In this document: positions 13,401-27,245 of the stretch, in pieces | Layout: each line of letters starts with the position of its first letter | Position numbering within the stretch: position 1 is the first letter of the stretch | Source of the DNA: Octopus vulgaris | Lineage: Eukaryota | Reading direction: 5' to 3' | Length of the DNA stretch: 64,000 nt | NCBI GenBank assembly: GCA_951406725.2 | Contig: OX597817.1 | Coordinates: 9,982,001 to 10,046,000 of the forward strand | Position numbers and translations under genes: made by a program | The notes under the pieces: model-generated | Databases searched by the model: none | What the model was told of the DNA's origin: nothing | Seen by the model: only the letters and a program-made list of their open reading frames with translations

Positions 13401-14439
13401 AGGCCCTGTAGAACTTACTCCTTGTTGGTATCAGCTTACTACATTATAAGTGGAGCGTTGACAGAAATGTCACGGAGCTCGGAAGGTCATTGGTACTGTT
13501 CTTTACTCCAAGCAGCAGCAAGTAAAAGAAAAAAATCAGGATGGAGTGTCTAGGAACAGATCTCATTAGATTAGTTAACTGTAAATAAATACAACTTTGG
13601 TACAGTTCGTAGCAGTAAGCTGTATATGCGTTAAAGATTTAAATCTTTAAGTTACCTCAGTGGTATAAATAAATTAAAATCCTTGAATAATATATTGAAT
13701 AAGGTAGCTAGGACACATTTCAGTTTAATCCTCTCTCTCTGTACCTTGTTAATGTCTATATATACACTTCCAACAGTGATCACCTAACAAAATATAGTGA
13801 TCAACGAAATACTTCATTAATCGTTGATGCTGACGCGCGATATCATAGTCTATGTGTTCCTTCACCAAGGGCAATTCTGTTAGAGATACGTATGGATATT
13901 TTAATCGCTGTGTTTCACGCAGATTGTACTGCTAAGTTAACTGACATCCAGACTCTCCAAACAGGATCAGTGCTCAGATCTGGTGGCCAGATGGAAAAAG
14001 TTTAGTCTATTTCTCGGCAAGGAATATGTAAAGATTTATACTTATTTATCACTAAAATAAATGAAGCAATGATAACCTATTCAAACATTTATAATAAAGA
14101 TATAAATATACTTTTGTTTACAGAGTGATGAGAAGCAGGTGTCGTTGGTTCGACTAAAACACCCAAGAATCACCCTCGACATATAGTTGTTATAAATTAT
14201 ATTTATTCCTGTGTTAAAGTATGTTAATACCATAAAGTGATATGTATAAGATATCACAGGAAGGTAAAGCGAAGGTAGTATTTAGGTGAGTTATATTTTA
14301 TAACTAAAAAACATCGAGTGGTTCCATAATTACATCAATAGCTAGCATTGCATGCATGCAAAAACACCTCAGATTCACATGAGAGAGAGAATGGAAAATA
14401 GTTTTGATTTTTCAGTATGGACACCAAAGATCTAACAGT

Positions 14440-14848
14440 TACTCTTTTACTCTTTTACTTGTTTCAGTCATTTGACTGCGGCCATGCTGGAGCACCGCCT
14501 TTAATCGAGCAACTCGACCCCGGGACTTATTCTTTTTGTAAGCCCGGTACTTATTCTATCGGTCTCTTTTGCCGAACCGCTAAGTAACGGGGACATAAAC
14601 ACACCAGCATCGGTTGTCAAGCAATGCTAGGGGGACAAACACAGACACACAAACACACATACGCATATATATATATACATATATACGACGGACTTCTTTC
14701 AGTTTCCGTCTACCAAATCCACTCACAAGGCTTTGGTCGGCCCGAGGCTATAGAAGAAGACACTTGCCCAAGGTGCCACGCAGTGGGACTGAACCCGAAA
14801 CCGTGTGGTTGGTAAACAAGCTACTTACCACACAGCCACTCCTGCGCC
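14440..14848 (-). mobile_element. SINE family B, full length
   Basis: Full family B structure with probable TSD TAACAGT on both sides. Confidence 0.92.
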
Positions 14849-15189
14849 TATAACAGTGTAACAGAAGGGTGAGATAATTATCCCTGCTCAAGGTGAATGC
14901 ATTGTGCATTCAGATACTCAGAGACCGCTATAAAGCTAAAAGAGGCAGAATAAAGAAACAGTAGATTAAAGTGTGTAGTGTATTAGAAAGTAAACTTTTG
15001 AAAATGAAGCAGACGACTTTCTTCTAGATTCAGTAGAGGATGTTACTAGTTACGTGAGAAGTATTCCAGTGTGTGTTGCACCTCAGCTTTGAAAAGTACC
15101 AGTAACCGAACATGACTGTAGAATTGTCTATACATAAAATGGAATCTTAAGCTTTGGAATGCATTTCATTTCAACTTCTGAGTTAAAAT

Positions 15190-15424
15190 ACCTATTTCTT
15201 TACTACCCACAAGGGGCTAAACACAGAAGGGATAAGCAAGGACAGACAAACGGATTAAGTCAATTATATCGACCCCAGTGCGTAACTGGTACTTATTTAA
15301 TCGACCCCGAAAGGATGAAAGGCAAAGTCGACCTTGGCGGAATTTGAACCCAGAACGTAGTAGCAGACGAAATACCACTAAGCATTTCGCCCGGCGTGCT
15401 AACGATTCTGCCAGCTCACTGCCC
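15190..15424 (-). mobile_element. SINE family A, full length
   Basis: Reverse complement of the family A consensus; flanked by TGAGTTAAAATACC-like duplicated sequence. Confidence 0.9.
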
Positions 15425-15622
15425 TTTTAACTGTGAGTTAAAATACCGCTGAGGTCAACTTTGATTCTTTCTGGAAGATGTTGGCGTGAGAGGGACAGGC
15501 TTTATCAAATATCAAAAAAATGCTTCTATGAAATCATCGGGAGTTCATACATAACCTGCTCTATCTCCTTCCCTGTACATTTTTGCGCTCTAACAAAGCA
15601 ACATTTTATCACTAATGTTCGC

Positions 15623-15677
<55 letters not shown>

Positions 15678-15781
15678 GTCGTCGTCGTCCTCGTCGTCAT
15701 CATCATCATCGTCATCACCATCATCATTATGATCGTCGTCGTCATCGTTGTCGACTTCATCATCTTCATCATATTCATCAT

Positions 15782-15831
<50 letters not shown>
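15623..15831. repeat. (CAT)n/(CGT)n/(CAG)n trinucleotide microsatellite
   Basis: Seen directly; gives the poly-H/I/M/Q ORFs. Confidence 0.95.
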
Positions 15832-15835
<4 letters not shown>

Positions 15836-16865
15836 CGTTGTCTTTGTAATCAACTTCACCACAGCCAAAATACTCATCCTTATTTTCAAAGTCACCATCA
15901 TGGATGTCTCTCAGAGTATGAGTTTTTCTTTCTATGAGATTACAATTACTGAAATATTGGTTGGTTTCCTCCTAACATATAATAATACAGATTCCATTTA
16001 CTTTTGTTTTCTAACGTATTTGTTAGTGAAGATATTAGCATCATGACTTCATGATCATTATTCGAATTTGAAATACCCTGTTCTTTGCATTTAAGCTCCC
16101 ACGAGTCAGTAATACGGAAATGTTGGCATATGTAAGGATAGATTCAAGTTATCCTACAATTCTTCCCTATTAATTTATACCTGTGGGCCTCTGAGAAAAT
16201 CTCAAAATCTCATGAATATAATAGTGTGGACATGCTAACTTGTAAGCGAATATGCCAAGTCAGACACCTGAATTATATTACACTTCCACGACAAACTCTG
16301 ACTTAAACTGTTAGATGAGAGAATCTACTTAAATAGTGAGTGTGTGGAGAGCAGAGTGGTTGTTCTAAACGAAAAAGTTAAAGTTATTTTGTTTTTGACC
16401 TTTCAAAGGTCATCAAGTTCTACTTGAATGTTTAATGTCAATTCCGAGTGGAATTCCTTTCTTCCAAGCACAGTAAGATGGTATTTTCAAAGAGTTGCTA
16501 CTCATTGTTTAGTACAACTTATCAAGAACATCTTTGAATGTCATAGCCTTCCAGTTACTGCATTCTGGTTAGCTTTTCTAGAAGAACTTTCGGTAATGGC
16601 TGGTTGAAATAACGAAAGACTAAGGAATGCAGAAAAATAACCAGCTAAGCACTGCTTATCATATTCATCGTCAACATTATTATCATTATAATCGTTGTCG
16701 CATTCTTCATCGTCATTCCTATCATCTTCGTTATCATTGCTGTTGTTGAAATAGTCTACATCTTTCTTTCCCCCGCTCTCCTTATCTTTAGAATATTATC
16801 CTTGTCATCATCCTGATCCTCTTCAACTTCATTACTACCGTCCTCATTTTTCATTGTTATTATTA

Positions 16866-17010
16866 AGGCGGCCAGCTGGCAGAAACGTTAGCACACCGGG
16901 CGAAATGCGTAGCCGTATTTCGTCTGCCGTTACGTTTTGAGTTCAAATTCCGCCGAGGTCGATTTTGCCTTTCATCCTTTCGGGGTCGATAAGTTAAATA
17001 CCAGTGAAAC
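16866..17010 (+). mobile_element. SINE family A, 3'-truncated
   Basis: Head and central domain present, tail missing. Confidence 0.85.
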
Positions 17011-17217
17011 ACTGAGATCGATTATCATTGTTATTATCAACGTCATCAGTGTGATAGTCTACATCCTTCTTCTCGCGCTACTTCTCGTCATCAGTGTTGT
17101 TATGATTGATATCGTGGATATGCATAAATGGTAGTACCGTACTGCATTTACGTATGTCCTTTTTACTTTATGAGTTCAACTTTTTCCCGGGTGAAATTAG
17201 CCTTTTACTTTTCCATA

Positions 17218-17655
17218 TGAAAGATGGCAGAATCCCCAAGGACATACTCTACGGAGAGCTTGCTAGGGGTACTAGGTCTGTGGGTAGACCGATCTTACGT
17301 TACAAGGATGTTTGCAAAAGGGACATGAAGGCCTGCAACATCAATATTAGCGGTTGGGAGGCAGTTGCCGGCAACCGTGGAGACTGGCGACGTACCGTAA
17401 AAGAGGGAATACAAAGGAGTGACAGAGAGAGAGAGGAGAAATGGAAAGAAAGGAAGAGACGTAAACAAGAGACTATGGCACTACAACCAGCCAGGAACAG
17501 TCTTCGCTACATTTGCGGTACCTGCCAGAGGGAGTGTTTGTCCAGGATAGGACTACACAGCCACAGCAGGAAATTTATCAGGACATGAAATATAAAAGCC
17601 GGACTAGGCTACTTTATGCGCAACTCCATTGTCTCCCGAGACAGAAAGGATGCCA
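17218..17655 (+). mobile_element. Young 5'-truncated RTE-BovB-like LINE with 11-bp TSD
   Basis: Open frame MKDGRIPKDILYGELARGTRSVGRPILRYKDVCKRDMKAC...YICGTCQRECLSRIGLHSHSRK; TSD ACTTTTCCATA at 17207-17217 and 17656-17666. Confidence 0.93.
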
Positions 17656-19265
17656 ACTTTTCCATAGCCCATAAAATAGGTCTGCCAATGTTATTAAAAA
17701 TCCTTATACTTTTTATAATTATTCATTATCTTAATTATCATCCATTAAGGGATTGCGAAAATCGAGAGCATGCAATTCGATCAATCCAGTGGATGAATGG
17801 AAAGGGCAAAGAAGTCTTCGTTGAAGAAAGACTGGATGGAGTGTTTTAATATTTCGTTGATGACGGTTATATTTAGTGTCAGCAACAAAAGATGGACAAC
17901 ACGAACAACGTAGGTGTTTGATGGCAATATTTAGTAATTTCTATATGTGTAGCTGTTAATGTCCTTGTATTTGCTGTAACAACTCATCTCAGTATAGAAA
18001 AGATTTGTTTATAAATGTTGCAAAAACGTCAATTATAAATATTTATTAAAAAGCAACTTCGACTGCCAATGAATTTGAGCAGCTTACTTTGACTTAAAAT
18101 GATAAAAGAATTTAATTTTCTCGTGTTCACTACGAACACATACATGCTATGTGAGTGGTGTAACAAGGAGTGACCTGTGGGGTCAGAACAGTTTAACAAG
18201 CACCTAATGTTAACTGTATGCTATAAGCGATGTTATATAGGAGCAGTCTGAGCATGCTACTTGCATCTGTCTGATTAAATGATAAATATTTACTTCTATG
18301 TTGCAAGTTTGAACTCGTTACTAATGGCTCCATTTTTTTTTTTTTCATGTCACTATAATGATTTACGGCATTTCACTCATTGAGTGGACCTCCATATTAA
18401 TGCATCTGCAAATGGGCTGAAAATCAGCCAATTTTAATCAGTTTTCTTGCTGAGATAGACAGCGAAATACAAATCTATGTCATTAATAATATGGTCGGAA
18501 TCTTAATCAGCTACTCCATTTTTTCAGTGATATTCACGAGAAGTCACAAGTACGTATATATATAAAATATTTAATGAGACCTACAGTCACTTTCATACAT
18601 ATTTTCATAATGTTCAATATAAATGTTTCTAATAAATAAATTGTGTGTCAGTGTCTGTATCTTAATATATGCAATTATGTATATCATATCAATTTCTTAT
18701 CATCATTCACCTTATCAAGCAAGCTTTGATTAAAGCACAGGAAAGTAATTATTTTACGTACCCTGGGCTACAAAACACATAGAAGCAAAAGAAAGAATCA
18801 GTAAGAAGTCACGCATATTTTCACACGAATTCAACTACAAGGATATCGTACACGTGTGATGGTTAATATTAATGTATGCCAGAAGAGTCTGGAAAGCAGT
18901 TGAAAGAAAGTAATCAGAGTGTAGTTAAAGGTCAGAAAAGTATTCTGGCTGCTATCAGTCCTCCACAAGAGGTGAAGAAATGTTCTTAGATTAGGCCGTC
19001 CGTCAATTTAGTATATCATATTAAGATATGCAGGTATAGCTTTAGATATTCAGGTCTTTCACATATGCATACACTTACACTTGCATACTCAACACACACA
19101 GTTACACTTATGCACACGCATAAACACACACATCCACACACACATACTATGTATATTTGATAAGCACAATACACGAAAGTCTTAGGCCCTGAGTGAATTA
19201 CGTAACGTTACAGCGGATTAAAATATATGTATGCTTTTGCGTGTATGTGTATATATCAAACCACC

Positions 19266-19670
<405 letters not shown>

Positions 19671-21319
19671 TTTGTTCGGGGATTTGGAAATACTCGTGCT
19701 AGTGGACGAACACACTGCAAGTCCATATGGGAGCAACAGACCCTTAGTTCTTGATAGAACAGTTCTTGGAGAAGCAGATTCTAAACTAAAACCTGACGAA
19801 GTTCTACTCATGCCAGCCTAGGCTGGGCCACCGGGATAAAGAAACTGTTTTACTTAAGAAGAGAAGCGAATGTAGTTCTATCCTCGCTTTACACATTATA
19901 GTCAATTTCATGCTTCAGAACTCAATTTCTTGGAAAATACGCTATGGAAAAAACTTTGCGGTGATGGGAAGTAGTGGAACATAGAGGTTTTCCCAAGTGG
20001 TTGCATTCACCGGCACAACTGCACGTAGGTGGTTTGGCATATTGGTTACTTCTTTTCCAAACTATTGCGATGGAGATATTCGACTGGATGACTCACCAGA
20101 GAAGAGAGAGTACTGCCCATCAGGAAGGACCTAAAACATACACTAAACAATGCTTGCTTAATTCTGAAATTGGCCGGCAAACGTGCTGCTGGCCGTTCTC
20201 TTCACATTGTGTGTTTCATGGTAGCATTCAAGAAAATTATATTTGGATGCAAGCTAACTTCAATCATTTATGTGTAAGTATGTGTGTGCGTGCGTATGTG
20301 TGTCTATGCGTACGTGTGTGCGTGTGTGTGTGCGTGATTGTGTGTGTGAGTATTACACACTGAAGAAAGCCAAGACCAACAATGAATACATACATATGTA
20401 TGTTTCTCTGTGCGTTTGTAATAACTCATATTTCTTGGAGACATATAATATTCATGGGATGCCGGTAAGAACAGGAAATAATTAAATATTCATTATAACT
20501 GTAATCTACACAATTTTCGCCTGTGTGGTACTAAATCAAAATTATAGTATAAAGAATATTTTTATTTTAGGAAATTTGCTTCAGGTTATTTTTAATTCGG
20601 TTAATATTCATAATTTAGCATTAAATTATATATAACTTCAAGCTTCCAAGTTTTGAGTTCTTTGCTAAATAGTGATATGAGAATAACCATGTATTTTTGA
20701 GAGGCATTAATGCTATATATTACCAAGCCTAGAGTAATTTGTTTCATGCAGACCACTATGATATATCTACACCGAATAACTATATATTATTATTATTTGT
20801 TAATTTGTGCTCATTATCTACACCTTATAATTTACGTCTCTCGTCCTCCGATTACGTATTTAACTACCTCGAATTTGCTTTAAAGTTGACCAGCTTAAGG
20901 AAGTGTTCTATGTGTGTTTTAGCATCCTCGAATGTTTATACACTCTGTAACCTGAAATTCATATGTGTCTCGGTATATGAAATTTAATTTAAGAGATAGG
21001 GTATGTGTCCACTGTGCTAGCGTTGGACAATTATTAATGATCGATCAGAGCAGGTAAATCGTCTTAGATCCTACATCACCTTCAGAAAACAAATTAAAAC
21101 AGATGAAACGCATGGTTTATGAAGTTGACTTCGTTTTTCTCTATAATTCTATGGTTAGAAAACATAAATTGTCCACAGCCGTGACACCAAGAAACTTGAG
21201 TGCTTTCACCAGCGGAAACATATTTCATTCAGGAACGTAGCATGGGAGGAAAGTACGGATCTACCAAAGTACGGATCTACCAAGCACTAGTGCGAACGAT
21301 TCTCCTTTACAGCAGCGAG

Positions 21320-21806
21320 TCATGGCCGATGAGGGTGGAAGATATTAAATGACTAGAATCCTTCTATCACCTCTGTCTACGCTGCATCCTTCATGTCCAA
21401 TGACGTCACTTTGTCTCCAACAATCCGGTGCGACACCAGTGCAAAATCACCTCCCTCCGACAAGTCATCCTAACGAGACGTCTGCGTCGGCTGGGTCATG
21501 CCCTCCGTCGTCAACCAGGAGAATTCATCTACTAAGCAATTGCCCCAGCTCCCCTTCAGGGTTGGCAAAAGCGACGTGGTGGACAACGAAAAACCTGGCT
21601 GGTGACAGTCAAGGCTGATCTGGAACCCAGCCTGTGCCCCCATGTCTACGGCGTTCGCCGCTGGAATAGGGAGTGGTTGGAGATCACGCGGTCGTTAGCC
21701 TCAAATCGCCAGGCCTGGTCGGCGTTTATGAGAGATGCATCATTGAGAATGAATGAAGCCAGCCCAACCCACCCCGGGTGAATGCTGTCTCAAGACAAGA
21801 CAAGTC
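21320..21806 (+). mobile_element. RTE-clade LINE 3' end (SR2/SR3-like) with (CAAGA)n tail
   Basis: ESFYHLCLRCILHV..RRLRRLGHALRR..GWQKRRGGQRKTWLVTVKADLEP..WNREWLEITRSLASNRQAWSAFMRDA; internal stops. Confidence 0.85.
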
Positions 21807-21879
21807 ATGGGAGGAAAGCGTCGCTAGTTTTGCAGACCTTGAGAAAACATAAACTAACAATATCGAAGCCAACTTCATT

Positions 21880-22225
21880 AAATATCAGCTCAGAGATAAA
21901 GTCCATGTGTACCTTAAGAGTAACACGGATATATTTGCCATATTGTTCACCAACAGAAGAAGCCCTAGATCCTCTTTGCGACGTCGTTGGGATTAGATCA
22001 AAGAAACTACGTAAAAGACCACAGTCAGCTTGAAAACCTGAGTAGAACGAACAGTTGAGAGCGCAAAACTGATATAAAACCACCTTGAGCAAGAACTTCG
22101 TAAAATGAGGACAAACGACAAAAACGGAAAATCTGCCAATCTCAGACACATTCCACTCTGTTTACCAAGTTCATCGTGTGCAGATTGCATCCTTCATGCA
22201 AAGTCAGTCTCATCGGTCATCGGAA
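21880..22225 (+). mobile_element. Decayed RTE-BovB-like 3' fragment
   Basis: EDKRQKRK and a degenerate C2H2 (..SLIGHR) resemble the BovB C-terminus; frameshifted. Confidence 0.4.
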
Positions 22226-22352
22226 ATATCAGCACAATAATTAAGAAAGGAGAATAGGAAACGAAATTAACGGAAGGATGATTTTTTAAGATTTATGCGT
22301 GCGTGCGCGCCCGCGTGTGAGCATCTGAGGACATGAAATAGTATTATAGAAA

Positions 22353-22584
22353 GGCGGTGAGCTGGCAGAAACGTTAGCACGCCGGGCGAAATGCGTAGCC
22401 GTATTTCGTCTGTCGTTACGTTCTGAGTTCAAATTCCGCCGAGGTCGACTTTGCCTTTCATCCTTTCGAGGTCGATTAAATAAGAACCAGTTACACACTG
22501 GGGTCGATATAATAGACTTAATCCGTGTGTCTGTCCTTGTTTGTCCCTTCTGTGTTTAGCCCCTTGTGGGTAGTAAAGAAATAG
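22353..22584 (+). mobile_element. SINE family A, full length with about 20-bp TSD
   Basis: GAAATAGTATTATAGAAAGG at 22335-22354 and 22584-22603 flanks a near-consensus copy. Confidence 0.93.
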
Positions 22585-22897
22585 AAATAGTATTATAGAA
22601 AGGAGTCGTAATCTGCTCATGAGTCATGCATTAAACCATTTCCTCGTTCCGCTAAAGAACCGTCAACTATAACTTATTCAGCTGCCGAAACCAAATTTTC
22701 CTTTTGCTTAGCTAATTTTTGTTTAATCACTCATCAAATACAACATTATGCTGGCTCCCACCCCTACAAGCTGAACCTAGAGGATATGTAATGCATATTT
22801 CACAAACACAAACACACATACACACATACACACGCGCGCAGTACATACACACACACACTCACATACATGTACGCTCACACACTCATACACGAATATT

Positions 22898-22930
<33 letters not shown>

Positions 22931-23128
22931 ATATATTGTTTCTGTGTGTGTGTGTACTAGCGTTTGTGCATGTCGATGTGAAATATGTAAGCATAAATTT
23001 ATTTTAAAACTAAATTATAAAACACCATAACTGATTTGTCGGTATATCATGCTTCGGATCTCATGTTTGACAGATTCTAAGATCTTCCGAGATTACCTGA
23101 TGAGAATTCACCGTTTACAGATAATTTG

Positions 23129-23242
23129 CATCTGTTTTTTTATAATATGTACCTGAAATTACAGTCAGCAGATGGTCTATAATAGAACATACCGTTACAC
23201 ACACCAGATGTCTAATGTCTGAAAATGTTACATGTTCATCTG
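23129..23242. promoter_or_regulatory. Candidate enhancer: cluster of four CAGATG E-boxes
   Basis: CATCTG 23129, CAGATG 23169, CAGATG 23205, CATCTG 23237 in non-repetitive sequence; TGACAG at 23068 and 23284. Confidence 0.3.
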
Positions 23243-23604
23243 TTAAACCATTTCTTTAAAAGCAGTCAAAAATGAAACAGTGCTGACAGGCGGCTGAGAC
23301 AGACATGTCTATATTCCGGTCAGTTTCTTTTAACATCAGTTGCCAAATAGCGCAAATAATAACCGTGAAGAAAATAACCCAAAATAATTAAGTAAATAAT
23401 TACGCAAACTGAAATAACTTTTAAAACTAGACTTTGTATTTTTGTCTGAATGTAGACGTAACATACTCAGAAACAAAGCGTGGCGGTTGTTAATGTAATG
23501 TTACTATTATAGAATTCTTACTGCTTAAGCAACAATAGTGTATGCATAAGGAGACCTGGGTCACCATACTCAATAAACTACATTCAGTATTATACGTCAA
23601 TGTG

Positions 23605-24260
23605 AAGGCGGTGAGCTGGCCGAATCGTTAGCACGCCAGCCAAAACGCTTTGCGGCATTCCGTGTCTTCTCGCTCAGGGTTTAAATTTCGCCGAGCTCGA
23701 TTTTGCCTTTCATCCTTTTGGAGGTCGATAAATTAAGTACCAGTTGAACACTGGGATCGATGTAATCGACAAGCACCCTACCCCAAAATTCCTGGTCTTG
23801 TACCAAACTTTGAAACCAGTATTATATATCAATATAAGGCGGTGAAGCGGGCAGAATCGTTAGCACACCTGTGCGAAATGCTTATCGGTATTTCGTCCAT
23901 CTTTACGAATTGAGTTCAAATCCTGCCGATGTCGACTTTACCTTTTGGGGTCGATAAAATAAGTACGATTTACTGCAATCCCTCGAACTTGCTGGCCATG
24001 TGCTAAATTTTTAAATCAATATTATACACCAATGTAAGGCGGCGTGCTGGCAGAATCGTTAGCCAGGCAAAACGCCGGACAAAATGCTTAGCGGTATTTC
24101 GTCCGTCTTTGCGTTCTGAGTTCAAATTCCGCTGCAGTCGACTTTGCGGTTCATCATTTCGGGGTCGAAGAAATAACTACCGGTTGAGTACTGGGGTGGA
24201 AGTAATCACCTTGCACCCTCCCCCATAATTGCTGGCCTTGTGTCAAAATTTGAAACCAAT
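23605..24260 (+). mobile_element. Three tandem diverged SINE family A copies
   Basis: Heads at about 23606, 23837 and 24037, each preceded by TTATA...CAAT(G/A)T. Confidence 0.85.
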
Positions 24261-25689
24261 ATGTACAGATAGTATTTTCGCAGGTAACGCTCTGCAGTTA
24301 GCCGAACAAATAAGGATGGTAGTTTTTCTACTGTAGATCAGAGTAGCCTGATATCTTCCCAATTTAATCCATTTATCTTTCTGAAGTCAATCTTGTTGAT
24401 CTTTAGAATATGGATGCCTATTTTCAAATTGCTGTACACAGTTAATATTTCTACGAGGAATCAGTTGCGTTGTTTTACTATTTCCTTCAGATTTTCTTTC
24501 ATTACGATTTGTGAAAGTTTTGGTACACATCAATAGCATTTCATGCATCAAAACCAATGTTTTAAAAACATACCCGACAATGTTCACAAACAATAGTGTG
24601 AGGGTTCCATACTAACGTCTACAGACCCTGCCGTTGCTATTTTCTTGAATTTACTTGTGTCTATTCTTAGAGGTTATCTGTCTGAGTGTTAACATAGATT
24701 GTGTATCAATCAAGAACTATGGATAACAATTAGTATGATATACACGGTTGTTAACTGCCCTATTGTCTTTAATTTGAGAGAAAATTTAATAAATTCATTA
24801 TTGTTGTTTAACTTTTTATCTCGAATCTTTACGTTATTGATATTCAGTGTTGTTATGCCACGTATTAATATGCCATTTCTATTTGCCACTGAAAATGTCA
24901 GGCTTACTATGTGCTATCGGATCTGTCTGTACGCTAAAGCAACTTCGTATGGTCATATTTTTAGTCTGGTAAAAATTCATAGAGTAGCACAGAGCTGTAA
25001 CTAAGGTTAGGGTTGTATGCCAAACAACTTTGTTGCGCGGTTGTGCTTTCAAATATATTTGATGCGAATAACTGTCAGATATCCTGATACAATACACTGT
25101 ATCGCAACAGAAAATATACGACGTAAACAACAAGCAACGTATGTTGTTCGACAGTATTCGGTGCAGTATATTTCGTTACGATGCTTTGTTCCCATGTAAT
25201 AAACGCTGATGCTTCTGTCTTATTTAGTCTGGTGAAGATTATTCAATCCAGACTCAGTTTTCTTTTTTAATTTTATACGTGACGCATTTGGTTTGTATAA
25301 GCAGTGGCTATATAGAACTTGTCTTTTTGATAAGCTCATTATGGTCGCCATACGTGCCAGGTATAATGTCCGTCTACTTTTGGTATTCTAATTTTAAAGT
25401 TAACTTCTTTTTAAGTTTAATCCATTTCTTGACAGAAATGTTCTGCTGCGGTAATAACTATTTTATTATATATTATGCAATCACATCCAAAACGTTAACG
25501 GGGCTGACTCGTGATATGTGAAAAAACTAGAGAAAAGCATTGATTAGAAAAACTTTCTAGATGATATTTTATGTGAAATTTATTCTATAATACGTGATGT
25601 TTTTTCCTTTGAAAGGACTGAGTAACCGAAAATTAAGTGATAAATTTTCTCTTTGTACTGAATACATAGACTACGCTTCTTCTTTTTTT

Positions 25690-26705
25690 ATCTAGTCATC
25701 AGTCTTGTTCTGTGCAGCTAAGATCATATTTGTTTCTGCTTTTAGCCCAGACCTTTTGAGGTAGAGTTGGCTTTTACTTAGGTTTACTACCCTTCTGTCG
25801 AGTCTAGCGAAGAATTAGTGTTTTGGGGAAGCCGTTTTGAGTCCTTTTTTAATCAAAGATTTTATTTGTATTATCTCCCTTGAAACAAAAGTTTTGGCTT
25901 AGCGGCATTTCGTCTGTATTTATGTTCTGAGTTCAAATTCTACTAAGGTCGACTTTGCCTTTTATCCTTCAGAAATCGATCAAATAAATACCAGTCAAGT
26001 ACTAAGTCGATGTAATCGACTATCCTTGTACCTATAATAGACAGGATTATCATTATAATTATTCAAATACACACAACAGATTACACGGTTGGAAAAGAGA
26101 AATTCCTAACATACAAGTAACCTTGTATATCAAGAACACCCCTAAGTACCCAAGCTATCCCTGATGACACTCTTTTCTGGAACTGTACTAAGCTGGGTTT
26201 TATGCCTATTTCCTCTATCCATCTGTTCAAATCTTTGAGGATAGTTCCTAATGCACCTATAGCTACTGGGATACATTTTAGTTGCACTTTTCATATTCTC
26301 TATAATTCAATAGCTAGGTCCTGGTACTTTGCTATTTTTTCTACACCCCTCATATTGACTTTTTCATCATTTGGGACTCTAAAGTCAATTATCTAGCACT
26401 TTTTATCCTCCTTATCTACTACTAGAGCACTGTATACAATAATTTCATTATTATTACTAATTCATGCCTTCTAGCTTCTATTACTCCGTTAGTCTGAATG
26501 CTCAAGTCCCACAACTTCTTATATTTCTTACTTTCTAGTACTTTACTAGATTGATATTTATATGATTATGGTCCATACTATGTATCGTCAAATCTTAGCT
26601 TCCTACATAACTCCTGGTGGATTACCACCCTGGGTTGTCATGTCTTTTCTTGTATTCTTTCTGTGTCAGCATTCTACATTCACTTACTCTATGAATAACA
26701 CTTAT
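25690..26705 (-). mobile_element. Dong/R4-like (restriction-like endonuclease) LINE fragments
   Basis: HRVSECRMLTQKEYKKRHD (CCHC region), IIDFRVPNDEKVNMRGVEKIAKYQDLAIEL (RLE), IPVAIGALGTILKDLNRW; a second piece LKAET..ILAAQ at 25700-25760; adjacent to (TAA)n; a SINE A remnant lies at about 25895-26030. Confidence 0.85.
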
Positions 26706-26727
26706 CATTATTACTATTATTATTATT

Positions 26728-27078
26728 GTGCTTAGCGGTATTTCGTCCGTCGCTACGTTCTGAGGTCAAATTCCGTGGAGGTCGACTTTACCTTACGTCT
26801 TTTCAAGGTCGGTTAAATAAGTACCAGTTACGCACTAGGGTCGATGTAATAGACTTAATCCCTTTCCCCAAATCTGAGACCTTGTGCTTCCAGTAGAATA
26901 GAGCAGCATTTCATCAGATTCTTTACGTTCTGATTTGAAATTCCCGCTGAGGTTAACTTTAATTTTCATCCTTCCGGGGTCGATAAAATAAACTACCAAT
27001 GAAATACAGTGGTCGATATAATCGATTACTATGACCCCTTATCCTTAAAATTACTTGTCTTATGCCAAATATGAAACA

Positions 27079-27128
<50 letters not shown>

Positions 27129-27245
27129 AGGGGCGTCGAGCTGACAAAATCGTTAATATGTCGGTAAAATAAGTAACAATTGAGCGCTGGGGTGGATGTA
27201 ATTGACTAGGTCCCGTTCCCTAAATTTCAGACCTTGTGCAGCAAT
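26728..27245 (+). mobile_element. Cluster of decayed SINE family A copies with (TTA)n
   Basis: Family A central domain repeated; (ATT)n at 27079-27127. Confidence 0.75.

Noticed and set aside
14614-14853. Recurrent ORFs MSSNAR.../MLGGQTQ.../MKGKVDLGGI
   Set aside because: Translations of SINE A and B copies, not a gene family.
24996-25290. Possible solo LTR (TGT start, AATAAA)
   Set aside because: No clear CA end or TSD.
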